From contig NC_086097.1 in the NCBI RefSeq assembly GCF_963921235.1, positions 28,026,001 to 28,090,000 on the forward strand: a DNA stretch of 64,000 bases, in the 5' to 3' direction. The DNA comes from Mobula hypostoma. Taxonomy: Eukaryota. Of this stretch, positions 12,423 to 26,199 are shown piece by piece. The notes under the pieces were generated by a model. That model ran no database searches. It was not told the origin of the DNA and was given only the letters and a program-made list of their open reading frames with translations. The first letter of the stretch is position 1, and each line of letters begins with the position of its first letter. A program made the translations under genes and the position numbers.

Positions 12423-12494
12423 CCCCAGTTCCAAGGACCTTTAATAGTTCAAAGTTTTCAATCCCAACTTTTTCAGCATGTCCCGTTAAGTTAG
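12423..12494 (-). CDS. RPS6KA5: Internal coding exon (probably exon 2) of ribosomal protein S6 kinase alpha-5 / MSK1
   Basis: The minus strand reads ttttgcag|CT AAC TTA ACG GGA CAT GCT GAA AAA GTT GGG ATT GAA AAC TTT GAA CTA TTA AAG GTC CTT GGA ACT GGG G|gtaagt. It has canonical AG/GT sites, is 72 nt, and is phase 1-1. The peptide (A)NLTGHAEKVGIENFELLKVLGTG matches MSK1 as I recall it; MSK2 has HEEKVSVENF. Confidence 0.95.
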
Positions 12495-12861
12495 CTGCAA
12501 AATAATAGAATCGTATTAGCAGAAATCAATAAGCAATAATGAATTCTCAGACTATCATCTCAAAATAATCAAGAACCACCAACATCCCACGACCTGATCT
12601 GGACTAAACATACCTATAGTCTGTAGTACACTTAAAAAGCATGCACTGTCACTTAAAAGCAGGATATTTATACAGAGCACATGGCCAAATGGTATGATTA
12701 AAATTCACAAGCTAACACATTAGTTTATACATAAAATTCAGAACATATAAAGTTTAACTTTTCACTGCAGTAAGGAGAAAAATCCTACTGCATTTTACCC
12801 CATAAATAATCCAGGAAGTCTCAAATAAATATAATGTGGAAAGACTCAGAAGCACAGAGAG

Positions 12862-14937
12862 ATGACAGAGTGTTTAGAGATCTCTTGCAGGATGTTAGGG
12901 ATAAACTTGTCCCGGTGAGGAAGATAAAGAATGGTAGGGTGAAGGAACCATGGGTGACAAGTGAGGTGGAAAATCTGGTCAGGTGGAAGAAGGCAGCATA
13001 CATGAGGTTTAGGAAACAAGGATCAGATAGGTCCATTGAGGAATATAGGGTAGCAAGAAAGGAGCTTAAGAAGGGGCTGAGAAGAGCAAGAAGGGGGCAA
13101 TGAGAAGGCCTTGGCAAGCAGGGTAAAGGAAAACCCCAAGGCATTCTTCAATTATGTGAAGAACAAAAGGATGACAGGAGTGAAGGTAGGACCGATTAGA
13201 GATAAAGGTGGGAAGGTGTGCCCGGAGGCTGTGGAAGTGAGCAAGGTCCTCAATGAATACTTCTCTTCGGTATTCACCAATGAGCGGAAACTTGATAACG
13301 GTGAGGACAATATGAGTGAGGTTGATGTTCTGGAGCATATTGATATTAAGGGAGAGGAGATGTTGTAGTCATTAAAATACATTACGACAGATAAGTCCCT
13401 GGGGCCTGATGGAATATTCCCCAGGCTGCTCCACGAGGCAAGGGAAGAGATTGCTGAGCTTCTGGCTAGGATCTTTATGTCCTCGTTGTCCACAGGAATG
13501 GTACCGGAGGATTGGAGGGAGGCAAATGTTGTCCACTTGTTCAAAAAAGGTAGTAAGGATAGTCCGGGTAATTATAGACCAGTGAGCCTTACGTCAGTGG
13601 TGGGAAAGCTGCTGGAAAAGATTCTTAGAGATAGGATCTATGGGCTTTTAGAGAATCATGGTCTGATCAGGGACAGTCAGCATGGCTTTGTGAAGGGCAG
13701 ATCATGTCTAACAAGCCTGATGGAGTTCTTTGAGGTAGTGACCACACATATAGATGAAGGTAGTGCAGTGGATGTGATCTATATGGATTTTAGTAAGGCA
13801 TTTGACAAGGTTCCACACGGTAGGCTTATTCAGAAAGTTAGAAGGTATGGGATCTAGGGAAGTTTGGCCAGGTGGATTCAGAATTGGCTTGCCCACAGAA
13901 GGCAGAGGGTCGTGGTGGAGAGAGTACATTGGGATTGGAGGGTTGTGACTAGTGGTGTCCCACAAGGATCGGTTCTGGGACCTCTACTTTTCGTGATTTT
14001 TATTAACAACCTGGATGTGGGGGTAGAAGGGTGGGTTGGCAAGTTTGCAGACGACACAAAGGTTGGTGGTGCTGTAGATAGTGTAGAGGATTGACGAAGA
14101 TTGCAGAGAGACATTGACAGGATGCAGAAGTGAGCTGAGAAGTGGCAGATGGAGTTCAACCCAGAGAAGTGTGAGGTGGTACACTTTGGAAGGACAAACT
14201 CCAAGGCAGAGTACAAAGTAAATGGCAGGATACTTGGTAGTGTGGAGGAGCAGAGGGATCTGGGGTACATGTCCACAGATCCCTGAAAGCTGCCTCACAG
14301 GTAGATAGGGTAGTTAAGAAAGCTTATGGGGTGTTAGCTTTCATAAGTCGATGGTTAGAGATTAAGAGTCGCGGGGTAATGATGCAACTCTATAAAACCC
14401 TGGTTAGGCCACACTTGGAGTACTATGTCCAGTTCTGATCACCTCACTATAGGAAGGATGTGGAAGCACTGGAAAGGGTACAGGGGAGATTTACCAGGAT
14501 GCTGCCCGGTTTAGAGAGTATGCATTATGATCAGAGATTAAGAGAGCTAGGGCTTTACTCTTTGGAGAGAAGGAGGATGAGAGGAGACATGATAGAGGTG
14601 TATAACATATTAAGAGGAATAGATAGAGTGGATAGCCAGCGCCTCTTCCCGAGGGCACCACTGCTCAATACAAGAAGATATGGCTTTAAGGTAAGGGGTG
14701 GGAAGTTCAAGGGGGATATTAGAGGAAGGTTTTTTTTTACTCAGAGAGTGGTTGATGCATGGAATGCACTGCCTGAGTCAGTGGTGGAGGCAGATACACT
14801 AGTGAAGTTTAAGAGACTACTAGACAGGTATATGGAGGAATTTAAGGTGGGGGGTTATATGGGAGGCAGGGTTTGAGGGTCGGCACAACCTTGTGGGCTG
14901 AAGGGCCTATACTGTGCTGTACTATCCTATGTTCTAT
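12862..14937 (+). mobile_element. 5'-truncated CR1 LINE (RT region and tail)
   Basis: [40 protein letters not shown]; ends ...ctatgttctatg. Confidence 0.93.
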
Positions 14938-15319
14938 GACTCTGAATTATCACTGCACTTTTCACTTGCATAACTACAGATCACTGGAAAATATTTAACT
15001 ACTTCCAAGATAGGTTAAAGTTGGTATCATCTGTATGTCAACAATCTTTGGCCTGCGTTCTTTGAACTCCAAGATTGATAATAATTAAAAGTATTGGAAA
15101 ATAATATGAAAGTAAAACCTACACCATGAATTACTTAGACAGAGGAAAAACATTTGCAAAGCCCAAAGATAGTTTTCAATTTTACCAGCACCAGAAATGT
15201 GACAGCAGAAGAAATCTGTGACCTGAAGAGAAAACCTTATACGTAATTCATAAAGCAAAATAGGTTCATAAATTATTCTGGATCCGTTTCAGAGAAGATT
15301 AACACTCTTAAAAATAAAA

Positions 15320-15525
15320 ACCCAGAGTGGTGAGTGCTTGGAATCCCTGCTAGGGGTGGTGGTGGAGGCAGATACAATAGGGGCATTTAAGAAACTCTTA
15401 GATAGGCACATGGATATTAGAAAAATGGAGAGCTATGTAGGAGGGAAGGGTTAGATTGATCTTAAGAGTAGCTTAAAAGGTCGGTGCAACATCGTTGGCC
15501 AAAAAAGCCTATACTGTGCTATAAT
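15320..15525 (+). mobile_element. CR1 3' tail fragment
   Basis: cagagagtggtgagtgc..tggaa..gcagatacaataggggcatttaag matches other CR1 tails. Confidence 0.7.
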
Positions 15526-15529
15526 ACCT

Positions 15530-15815
15530 TTTTTTATTTAGAGATACAGCACAGAACAGATTCTTCTGACCCAACAAGCTACAACGCACGGCATCCTACC
15601 CATTTAACACTAGCTAATTCACAAGAGAATTTACAATGACCAATTAACCTACTAACCAGCACGTCTTTGGACTGTAGGATGAAACCAAAGCACCCAGAGA
15701 AGACCCACACTGTCACACAGGGAGAACATAAACTTCTGACATATGGGGCTGGAACTGAACTCCGGAACACCTGGAGCTGAAATAGCAACATGCTAACCAC
15801 TATGCTGCTGTAACA
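15530..15815 (-). mobile_element. V-SINE/HE1-like SINE
   Basis: Minus strand has the conserved core tgtgggtcttctctgggtgctttggtttcatcctacagtccaaagacgt and a CR1-like tail. Confidence 0.7.
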
Positions 15816-16611
15816 CCCCAATGATGCTCATCCAATGGCTAACTGAGTGGAAATAATTTAAATTTGAATTCTTAATTTGTTGATCTCAGTCATTTCAGTA
15901 CCATTTAGTGATCTTCTGTAGCCAAATATTAAATATTAAATAATGAGATAAAATCATATCAATAAAACTTCCTATACCTAATCACCATATGAATGTGACC
16001 ATTACTGTCAGATAAAAACATGACAGACTTGCCGTAATAACACTCTTAAAAGGTTTACATACAAAATATCCAGTTGGAGGCATTAGAGTTGATGAACTGC
16101 TTCATATTAAACTGGAACGGTGAGATCTTAAAAAAAAAGGGAAAGAAGTGCAACAAGTAATAATAGATTTTCTTACAGGTAGCAGAATTACTTCTTGGTA
16201 ATCTGTTTAAGAAAAAAAAATGTTTCCATCAAAATTTGGGCAAACTTTTGTTGGAGTGGAGGTTCTGATACAGTACTGCAATGGTAGCTTACTGCAGTAC
16301 AAGCTAATCACAAAATCTTAAATCTCAGTGAACAAAAGAAAGTACAATGCATTCTCTTGAATAGGTTGAGAAAGAGGAATGTCAATATCCTGGTCAACAA
16401 TGACCACAAACGTAAATGAAATAACTACTTAAACAGAGCACCACAAGACTGGTCAGAGGCTGGATATCCTGTGGCATGACTCAAATCCTGAAACATCAAT
16501 TTGGTGTAATTTACCCCCCACTTAGCAATCAACTAGTTGATGGTTGCATAAATGCAGTGGTCTGAAAGTCTTGTTTCCATGTGTATAATTTTGTGATAAA
16601 CAAACTTGAAA

Positions 16612-17110
16612 AGTAGTAGATTCCAGTTAATTGGCTGTTCCAATTAACTGATGAACCACTTATTTAGGACAACTCTTAAAGAACAACAACTTATAAAAAA
16701 AGAAAACAGCTGGGATTTCCTTCATTTATTTTGGGACACTATGCCTCTTAATCAGGGTAGGAGACTGTCGCCAAACAGTTTCTAGCTAGTGTCAGACACA
16801 TGCACTTGAGTGGTTATTAAGACACTACACCATGCTTAGAGTGAACAGTTTTAAAATGGCATCAGTTGTGTGTGCTTATATTCAAAAAACAATGATTTCT
16901 GTCACTGATTGTTGGTGAGAAATAAGCAACAAGACAATTCAGAACTGTTTTGCTCACTCCGATTTCAAACACTCAGGCTTGGAGATGCCAGAAACGGCTA
17001 GGAGTGAAAATTAAACTATTTCACTATTTCAACAAGTTAGGAATCTGAAGGTATTAACAATTACCTTGAATTGAAAATGAAGATTTGGAGGATGCAATCA
17101 TTGATAGCAT
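16612..17110 (+). mobile_element. Tigger/pogo-like DNA transposon fragment (left end)
   Basis: Begins agtagattccagttaattgg, the inverse of the end at about 47190-47211. The internal sequence is homologous to 46500-46890. Confidence 0.6.
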
Positions 17111-17175
17111 CACCTCCTCCCTCACCTCCATTCAGGGCTGCAAATAGTCCTTTCAGAAATAGAGGAGCAGATTAT

Positions 17176-18138
17176 TCAAGTCAAGTCACTTTTTATTGTC
17201 ATTTCGACCATAACTGCTGGTACAGTACACAGTAAAAACAAGACAACATTTTTCAGGACCATGGTGCTACATGAAGCAATACATAAACTACACTGAACTA
17301 CGTAAAACAACACAAAAACTACACTAGACTACAGACCTAACCAGGACTGCATAAAGTGCACAAAACAGTGCAGGCATTACAATAAATAATAAACAAGACA
17401 ATAGGCAGTAGAGGGCAGTAGGTTGGTGTCAGTCCAGGCTCTGGGTATTGAGGAGTCTGATGGATTGGGGGAAGAAACTGTTATATAGTCTGGTCATGAG
17501 AGCCCGAATGCTTTGGTGCCTTTTGCCAGGTGGCAGCAGGGAGAAGAGTTTGTATGAGGGGTGTGTGAGGTCCTTCATGATGCTGTTTGCTTTACGGATG
17601 CAGTGTGTGGTGTAAATATCTGTAATGGCAGGAAGTGAGACCCCGATGATCTTCTCAGCTGACCTCACTATCCGCTGCAGGGTCTTATGATCTGAGATGG
17701 TGCAATTTCCAAACCAGGCAGTGATGCAGCTGCTCAGGATGCTCTCAATACACCTCTGTAGAATGTGGTGAGGATGTGGGGGGGGGGGGTGGGATGTGGG
17801 AGATGGACTTTTCTCAGCCTTCACAGAAAGTAGGGACGCTGCTGGGCTTTCTTTGCTATAGAGCTGGTGTTGAAGGACCAGGTAAGATTCTCCATCAGGC
17901 GAACACCAAGAAATTTGGTGCTCTTAACGATCTCTACGGAGGAGTCAATGTTCAGCGGAGAGTGGTCGCTCCATGTCCTCCTGAAGTCAACAACCATCTC
18001 TTTTGTTTCGTTCACATTCAGAGACAGGTTGTTGGCTCTGCACCAGTCCGTTAGCCGCTGCACCTCCTCTCTGTATGCTGACTCATCATTCTTGCTGATG
18101 TTACCCACCATGGTAGTGTCATTGACAAACTTGATGAT
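17176..18138 (-). mobile_element. Rex1/Babar LINE 3' half
   Basis: IKFVNDTTMVG, KFLGV, CIESILSSCITAWFG; (TCAAG)n tail. Confidence 0.85.
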
Positions 18139-18808
18139 GGTGATTAAGAAGGCAAACGGAATGTTGGCCTTCATTGCTAGAGGGATTGAATTCAAGAGCA
18201 GGGAGGTCATGCTGCAACTATACAGGGTACTGGTGAGACCGCACCTGGAGTACTGTGTGCAGTTCTGGTCTCCATACTTGAAGAAGGATATACTGGCTTT
18301 GCAGGCAGTGCAGAGGAGGTTCACCAGGTTAATTCCAGGGATGAAGGGATTAACCTATGAGGAGAGATTGAGTCGCCTGGGACTATACACTCTAGAATTC
18401 AGAAGAATGAGTGGGGATCTTATAGAAACATACAGAATTTTGAAAGGTATAGATAAGATAGAAGTATGAAAGTTGTTTCCATTGGTAGATGAGACTAGAA
18501 CCAGGGGACATTGCCTCAAGATTCAGGGGAGAAGATTTAGGATGGAGATGAGGAGAAACTGTTTTTCCCAGAGAGTGGTGAATCTGTGAAATTCTCTGCC
18601 CAGGGAAGCAGTTGAAGCTTCCTCACTAAATATATTTAACAAACAGTTAGATAGGTTTTTACACAGTAAGGGAATTAAGGGTAATGGGGAAAAAGGCAGG
18701 TAGATGGAGCTGAACTTACAGACAGATCAGCCATGATCTTATTGAATGGCAGGGCAGGCTCAATGGGCTGGATGGCCTACTCCTGCTCCTATTTCTTAAA
18801 TTCTTATG
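18139..18808 (+). mobile_element. CR1 3' fragment
   Basis: KKANGMLAFI...LVRPHLEYCVQFWSP, followed by the CR1 tail. Confidence 0.9.
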
Positions 18809-19430
18809 ACATGTTATCTTCATTCGAGAAATTCAATACATTCATTTACAATTCGTTCAAATGCTTCATTTCCAACCATTACTTTGGTGAAATGATTGAG
18901 AAGGCATTACACAGGATTTACTGGCAGCAGGACCTTCTCAATGCTCTTTTCCCACTGAACCTTTGCAATGGCTGCAGTAAACTTCAGTGTGCTTCTCAGC
19001 ACATACTCCTACTCCCTGGAATGTACCAATTGCAGCATTCGTTTGCGGATCTATCCTTGCACTAAAAGACAAATGGACTTCCAGCACACCACGATACATC
19101 ACTTACCAAGTTGATGATTTTCCAACAGCAGTCCAATATTTGTACCAGTATATACCCCTGGGAATACATAGAGCAGCCTTCTCAAACTTTTCACCCTTAA
19201 AATAATTGACAGGTCTCAGGGAACCCATGCATAAAAATTATTATATCTACAGCTTATGGTATGTTGGTGTGATCAGAAGGTTGTAGATATAATCCAAAAA
19301 TTATTGTCAATGCTCTGAGTAGAAAATGAATTTTTAGCCAACCTTTCTTGAAAAACAAAACAGATAGTCAAGCTTAGCTTGCCTTTCTTGAAATTAATCT
19401 CTTTCTTTTCCTTTCATAAATTTTAAAAAC

Positions 19431-21497
19431 TCATGGTTGCAGGAGAGGTGTGATTGGCAACTAAATATTCCTGGATTCCGTTGTTTCAGGTGTGATATAA
19501 TCGGAGGGACAAGAGGGGGAGGTGTTGCATTGCTTGTCAGAGAAAATATTACAGCAGCTCTGGCAGGACAGATCAGAGGACTCGTCAAGGGAGGCTATTT
19601 GGGTGGAATTGAGGAATGGGAAAGGTGTAGTAACACTTATAGGGGTGTATTATAGACAACCTAATAGGGAGTGAGAATTGGAGGAGCAAATTTGTAAGGA
19701 GATAGCAGATATTTGTAGTAAGCACAAGGTTGTGATTGTGGGAAATTTTAATCTTCCACACATAGACTGGGAAGCCCATTCTGTAAAAGGGCTGGATGGC
19801 TTGGAGTTTGTAAGATGTGTGCAGGATAGTTTTTTGCAGCAATACATAGAGGTACCAACTAGAGAAGAGGCAGTGTTGGATCTCCTGTTAGGAAATGAGA
19901 TAGGTCAGGTGACAGAGGTATGTGTTGGGGAGCACTTCAGGTCCAGTGATCACAATGCCATTAGTTTCAATATAATTATGGAGAAGGATAGGTCTGGACC
20001 CAGGTTGAGATTTTTGATTGGAGAAAGGCTAACTTTAAGGAGATGCAAAAGGATTTAGAAGGAGTGGATTGGGACAAATTGTTTTATGGGATGGATATAA
20101 TACAGAAATGGAGGTCATTTAAAGGTGAAATTTTGAGGGTACAGAATCTTTATGTTCCTGTTAAGTTGAAAGGAAAGGTTAAAAGTTTGAGAGAGCCATG
20201 GTTTTCAAGGGATATTAGAAACTTGGTTTGGAAAAAAAGAGATATCTGCAATAAATATAGGCAGCATGGAGTAAATGAGGTGCTCGAGGAATATAAAGAA
20301 CGTAAAAAGAATCTTAAGAAATTAGAAAAGCTTAAAGCAGATATGAGGTTGCTTTGGCAAGTAAGGTGAAAATAAATCCAAAGGGTTTCTACAGTTATAT
20401 TAATAGCAAAGTGATAGTGAGGAATGAAATTGGTCCCTTAGAGAATCAAAGTGGACAGCTATGTGTGGAACCAAAAGAGATAGGGGAGATTTTGAACAAT
20501 TTCTTTTCTTCGGTATTCACTAAGGAGAAGGATATTGAATTGTGTAAGGTAAGGGGAACAGGTAGGGAAGTTATGGAAACTATGATGATTAAAGAGGAGG
20601 AAGTATTGGCGCTTTTAAGGAATATAGAAGTGGATAAATCTCCTGGTCCTGACAGGATATTCCTTAGGACCTTGAGGGAAGTTAGTGTAGAAATAGCAGG
20701 GGCTCTGACAGAAATATTTCAAATGTCATTAGAAACAGGGATGTTGCCAGAGGATTGGCATATTGTTCATGTTGTTCCACTGTTTACAAAGGGTTCTAAA
20801 GAGTAAACCTAGCAATTATCGGCCTGTAAGTTTGACGTCAGTGGTGGGTAAAGTAATGGAAAGTACTCTTAGAGATGGTATATATAATTATCTGGATAGA
20901 CAGGGTCTGATTAGGAACAGTCAACATGGATTTGTGCGTGGAAGGTCATGTTTGACAAATATTATTGAATTTTTTTTGAACAGGTTACTAGGAAAGTTGA
21001 CAAGGGTAAAGCGATGGATGTTGTCTATAGGGACTTCAGTAAGGTCTCTGACAAGGTTCCACGGAAGGTTAGTTAGGAAGGTTCAATCGTTAGGTATTAA
21101 TATTGAAGTGGTAAAATGGATTCAGCAGTGGCTGGATGGGAGATGCCAGAGAGTAGTGGTGGATAACTGTTTGTCAGGTTGGAGGCTGGTCACTAGTGGT
21201 GTGCCTCAGGGATCTGTACTGGGTCCAATGTTGTTTGTCATATACATTAATGATCTGGATGATGGGGTGGTAAACTGGATTAGTAAGTATGCAGATGATA
21301 CTAAGATAGGTGGCGTTGTGGATAATGAAGTAGACTTTCAAAGCTTACAGAGAGATTTAGGCCAGTTAGAAGAGTGGGCTGAAAGATGGCAGATGAAGTT
21401 TAATGCTGATAAGTGTGAGGTGCTACATTTTGGTAGGACTAATCAAAATACGACATACATGGTAAATGTTAGAGCATTAAAGAATGCAGTAGAACAA
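19431..21497 (+). mobile_element. CR1 ORF2 internal fragment (endonuclease to RT)
   Basis: [43 protein letters not shown]. Confidence 0.92.
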
Positions 21498-21666
21498 TTT
21501 TGCTGAACCCATTGCTATACTTAAGTTGTTTACCATTGACAAGGCACAATGGAATACGACAACTTGGATCACCAGTCCATGTAAAACCCATTGTTAAGTA
21601 GCTTTTGTGTAGAGATGGACCTTTTTTGTGTGTCCGTTGTTGCACTAGGGCAGTGAAATACATAAT

Positions 21667-21793
21667 ATAGAACATAGAATAGTACAGCACAGTACAGGCC
21701 CTTCGGCCCACAATGTTGTGCTGACCCTCAAAGTTGTGCTGACCCTCAAACCCTGCCTCCCATATAAGCCCCCACCTTAAATTCCTCCATATA
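21667..21793 (-). mobile_element. CR1 3' tail with an 18-bp tandem duplication
   Basis: Reverse complement of about 14830-14937; gttgtgctgaccctcaaa occurs twice. Confidence 0.8.
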
Positions 21794-22640
21794 GGACCAG
21801 GACCAGCCTATTGTTCAGGGTGCCTGACCCTCCAAGGGAGGAGCTGTAAAGTTTGATGGCCACAGGCAGGAATGACTTCCTATGATGCTGTGTTGCATCT
21901 CGGTGGAATGAGTCTCTGGCTGAATGTACTCCTGTGCCCACCCAGTACATTATGTAGTGGATGGGAGACATTGACCAAGATGGCATGCAACTTAGACAGC
22001 ATTCTCTTTTCAGACACCACCGTCAGAGAGTCCAGTTCCATCCCCACAACATCACTGGCCTTATGAATGAGTTTGTTGATTCTGTTGGTGTCCGCTACCC
22101 TCAGCTTGCTGCCCCAGCACACAACAGCAAACATGATAGCATTGGCCACCAGAGACTCGTAGAACATCCTCAGCATCGCCCGGCAGATGTTAAAGGACCT
22201 CAGTCTCCTCAGGAAATAGAGATGGCTCTGTCCCTTCTTGTAGACAGCCTCAGTGTTCTTTGACCAGTCCAGTTTATTGTCAATTCATATCCCCAGGTAC
22301 TTGTAACCCTCCACCATGTCCACACTGACCCCCTGGATGGAAACAGGGGTCACCGGTACCTCAGCTCTCCTCAGGTCTACCACCAGCTCCTTAGTCTTTT
22401 TCACATTAAGCTGCAGATAATTCTGCTCACACCATGTGACAAAGTTTCCTCCCGTAGTCCTGTACTCAGCCTCATCTCCCTTGCTGATGCATCCAACTAT
22501 GGCAGAGTCATCCGAAAAATTCTGAAGATGACAAGACTCTGTGCAGTAGTTGAAGTCCGATGTGTAAATGGTGAAGAGAAAGGGAGACAAGACAGTCCCC
22601 TGTGGAGCCCCAGTGCTGCTGATCACTCTGTCGGACACAC
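21794..22640 (-). mobile_element. Rex1/Babar LINE fragment, same family as 26520-28273
   Basis: GAPQGTVLSPFLFTIYT, FSDDSAIVG, YKYLG. Confidence 0.9.
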
Positions 22641-24245
22641 ATCAGAGTACATACGTTGCAAATCTATAGAACAGTAACTGTAAACATCAGAAACTGTAAA
22701 CTAAACAAACTGTGCAAATACAGATATAAAAATAGCAATAAATAACAAGCATAAAATGACAGTATAACAGAGCCCTTAAATGGGTCCTTAAAAGAAATGC
22801 AGCTATCTTCTTTTGTTCAAGAGCCTGATGGTTGAGAGGTAGTAACTGTTCTTGAATCTGGTGGTGCAAGAACCTGGTGAAGCACTTGTACCTTCTACCT
22901 AATGGCAGCAGTGAGAAAAGAGCATGGCCTGGATGGTGAGGATCTTTGATGATAGATGCTGCTTTAACACAGCAACATTTCATATAGATATGATCAATGG
23001 TTGGGAGGATTTTACTGGGCCAAATCCACCACCTTTTGTAGAATTTTCCGCTCACAGGCGTTGGCATTCCCAAACCAGGTCGTAATGCAGCTAATCAGCA
23101 TACTTTCCACCACACATTTACAGAAGTTTGACCATAAGATATAGAAGCAGAAGTCGGTCATTTGGCCCATTGAGTCTGCTCCGCCATTCAATCATGGGCT
23201 GGTCTAATTCTTCTAGTCACCCCCACTCCCCTTCCTCCTCATACCCTTTGATGCCCTGGCTAATCAAAAAGCTATCCCTTTCTGCCTTAAATGCACCCAA
23301 TGATTTGGCCTCCATAGCCACTCATGGCAACAAATTCCACAGATTTACTACCCTCTAAAAGTAATTTCTCTGCATCTCTGTTCTAAATAGACGTCCTTCA
23401 ATCCTGAAGTCATGCCCTCTTGTCCTAGACTCCCCTACCATGGGAAATAACTTTACCATATCTAATCTGTCCAGGCCTTTTAACATTCGGAATGTTTCTA
23501 TGAGATACCCCTCCGTTCTCCTGAACTCCAGGGAATACAGCCCAAGAACTGCCAACATTCCCAATACGGTAACCCTTTCATTCCCAGAATCATTCCCATA
23601 GCTTTTGATGACATGCCAAACCTCTGCAGACTTCAGAGGAAGTGGGGGCACTGTTGTGCTTTCTTCGCAATAATATTTGTGCATCCGGGACAGGTCCTCT
23701 GAGATAGTGACCACCCAGGAATTTAAAGTACTGACCCTCTCCACCTCTGATCCTCCAAAGATTACTGGCTCATGGATGTGTGGTTTCCCTCTCCTGAAGT
23801 CTACAATCAGTTCCTTGGTTTTATTGACTGAGTGAGAAGTTGCTGTTATTACACCATTCAGCCAAGTTTTCAATCTCCCTCCTATATGGTGAATCATCAC
23901 CCCCTTTGATAAAGCCCACAGTAGTGGTATCAATCTTGTACATGGCTTTGGAGCCATACTTAGCCACAGTCATAGGTGTAAAGTGAGTAGAGTAGGGGGC
24001 TCGGTGGACATCCCTGCAGTAGTCCTATGCTGATTGAAATTGTGGAGGAGATGTTTTTGCCAATCTGAACTAACTGGTCTACAGTGAGGAAATCTAGGAT
24101 CCAGTTGTACAAGGGGGTATCGAGACCCATGCCTTGAGTTTACTGATTAGCTGAGGGGATGATGGTGTTAAATGCCGAGCTGTAATTGATAAAGAGCATC
24201 CTGATGTATGCATCTTTGCTGTCCAGATGTTCCAGTGTTGTGCGA
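22640..24245 (-). mobile_element. Second Rex1/Babar-type LINE fragment, split by a CR1 tail
   Basis: KTKELIVDFRR and AASIIKDPHHPGHALFSLLP lie on either side of the insert at 23130-23597. Confidence 0.75.
23130..23597 (-). mobile_element. CR1 3' fragment, same subfamily as 62173-63225
   Basis: LGLYSLEFRR...LFPMVGESRTRGH and the tail gaccataagatatag. Confidence 0.85.
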
Positions 24246-24429
24246 ACTATTGCAAAGCCTCAGCACTGTTATGCAATTAAGACGCATTATACTCAATAAA
24301 GCTTAATTTCTTGTTTCTCCAAATTCCTAAGTGATGCAAGTAGTTTGAAATTACATTTGTGACTGTCATAACCAAAAAAACCAAAAGAAAAAGAGGAAGC
24401 AACACTTTTCAAAACAAAATTGCTGTGTA

Positions 24430-25150
24430 GTGTAATCAGACCTGACAGTGATGGTGCAAAGAATCAGTCCAACTAGGTGGGAAAGAACAAGCCTTGCTTT
24501 TCCTACAAATGACTCCAACCCTGAGCTCAGCAGACCAACTGGACGCTTTGACTTGAGTAGCCCCCATTGTCACCACATGGTCACCACATCTAAGCCTTGG
24601 CTCACCCTAACAATTTGTTTGTTAACAGTTTTTATCAATACAAACAAACAGGAGACCCTTCTTGACTCCAAAACTGCTCAAGTTCCCCACCCCACCCATT
24701 AATTTGGATTGCACCACTGATGTTTATGTAGAACAGTTGTATACATTTATGAAATAACTCCCCAAAACCCATTTTGGAAAGCTCATCTATTATGCACATC
24801 TGTGTTATTCTATTGAAGGCCTGCTCCTGATCCTAGTTGACCAGGCCAGAGGACAATGACCTTTCCAATTTAAAAGGTTGGCAGAGAAGAATTTGCAGAC
24901 CCTTGATATGCCTAGCTGCACAGACGTTACTGAGCAGTGCTCTTCATCCCACTAAAAATTTTTTTTGAAGAAACACAGCACACCTCTCCCTCCTCCACCG
25001 TGGACTCTATATTGGACAGTAATCTCGGAGAAATCCAAGTCCAAGAGGGAGTCTTGCTAGCTCTTTGGCTGTTCCTTTTCCATGTCCACTCCCACTGACA
25101 CCACAGGTGCAGAAACTGCAGTTTTCTGGAGTTCATGCAATTCCCATTGA
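24430..25150 (-). mobile_element. Ancient L1/Tx1-like RT remnant
   Basis: Decayed minus-strand motifs VEEGEVC..FFKK, (L)DQEQAF (compare LDQEKAF) and SKMGFGE. Confidence 0.45.
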
Positions 25151-26199
25151 TTCTCTCAATTACTGAGCACCCACAAATGAAGAACCTCGTTGTTCACCCC
25201 GAATGTCTCCTACCAGTACATAAGGGAGTCAGAAGGGTTTTTAAATTCTCCAGTCAGTGTAATCTCTCAAGTTCATTGACACCTGCTTGACATTCAGCTT
25301 CCATATCAGTATCTCAATTTTACTGTTGATGATAACCCAACAGAAAACATTGGTCAGGTACAAAGAGCAAGCACGTATGGACCCAACTGAGCCGTATTGC
25401 CTTGACCACATAGTGTTGGCATCTTTTACCAATTTCATCAGGATTCTGGGTGACATCCACTTTTACTGTTTGAGGTTACCTTATAAATTTTTCACGTATT
25501 CATCCAGTTTGCTTTTGAATATAAATAAAGAAAGCATTTCCAGCATATCTTTAGGCAATCCATTTCAGAGCGCAGCAGGTGCATTAAAATTAAATCTCCC
25601 TCATGTCACCTTTGGCTTTTTTTTTGCCATTCACCTTAATTTATGCCTTCTGGTTTCAACCCTTCAATTGGATGGAACAATATTTCTTCATTCTCTGGAG
25701 GGAAATAGACAGATGAGTTTGCAAGTTGAGACCCTTTCTCTGAAATGCTGAGTGTTTCACAAATGCTGACTGAACCTGCCAAATTCTTCCCGCTGGAGCA
25801 AAAACAAACAGATTCCAGCATCTGCAGTCTCATCTCGCCAACGTTTTATACAGGGAGAGAAATGGTGGTGAAATAAGCAGATAGATTATACATAGACTTT
25901 GGCCATTTGGCAAGAGGTTTAGGGCACAGGACTATTAACACCTAAACTGTTGTTAAATGGACAGCATTAGCTACCTCAGAGCTGCCAGTGCTGCCTGATT
26001 TGAAGTGAATCTTGACCTCAGATGCTGCAAGTACAGGCACTATGGCAGTTCATGTAATAGAAATGCACCCTTGCAGAATTCACAAATTAATACCAAAAAG
26101 TTTGATACAGACTGAAAATCTGATCCAATAAAATGTGTGAGAAACAAGTTAACAGAATCTTTTTCTCTGTCATTTTGCCATATGCAGAGGCAGTAAAGG

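Noticed and set aside
17821..18469. Overlapping 167-aa and 200-aa ORFs on opposite strands
   Set aside because: They read through the junction of a minus-strand Rex element and a plus-strand CR1 at about 18139.
19107..19157. Possible 51-nt minus-strand cassette exon (cccag|...|gtaagt), frame-neutral
   Set aside because: Weak polypyrimidine tract and no recognisable MSK1 homology; such sites arise by chance. RNA-seq would be needed.
19175..19420. Possible hAT-like left end (cagccttctcaaacttt)
   Set aside because: No matching right TIR or TSD found.
23355..23957. 200-aa minus-strand ORF
   Set aside because: Read-through across a Rex/CR1 junction with mixed frames.
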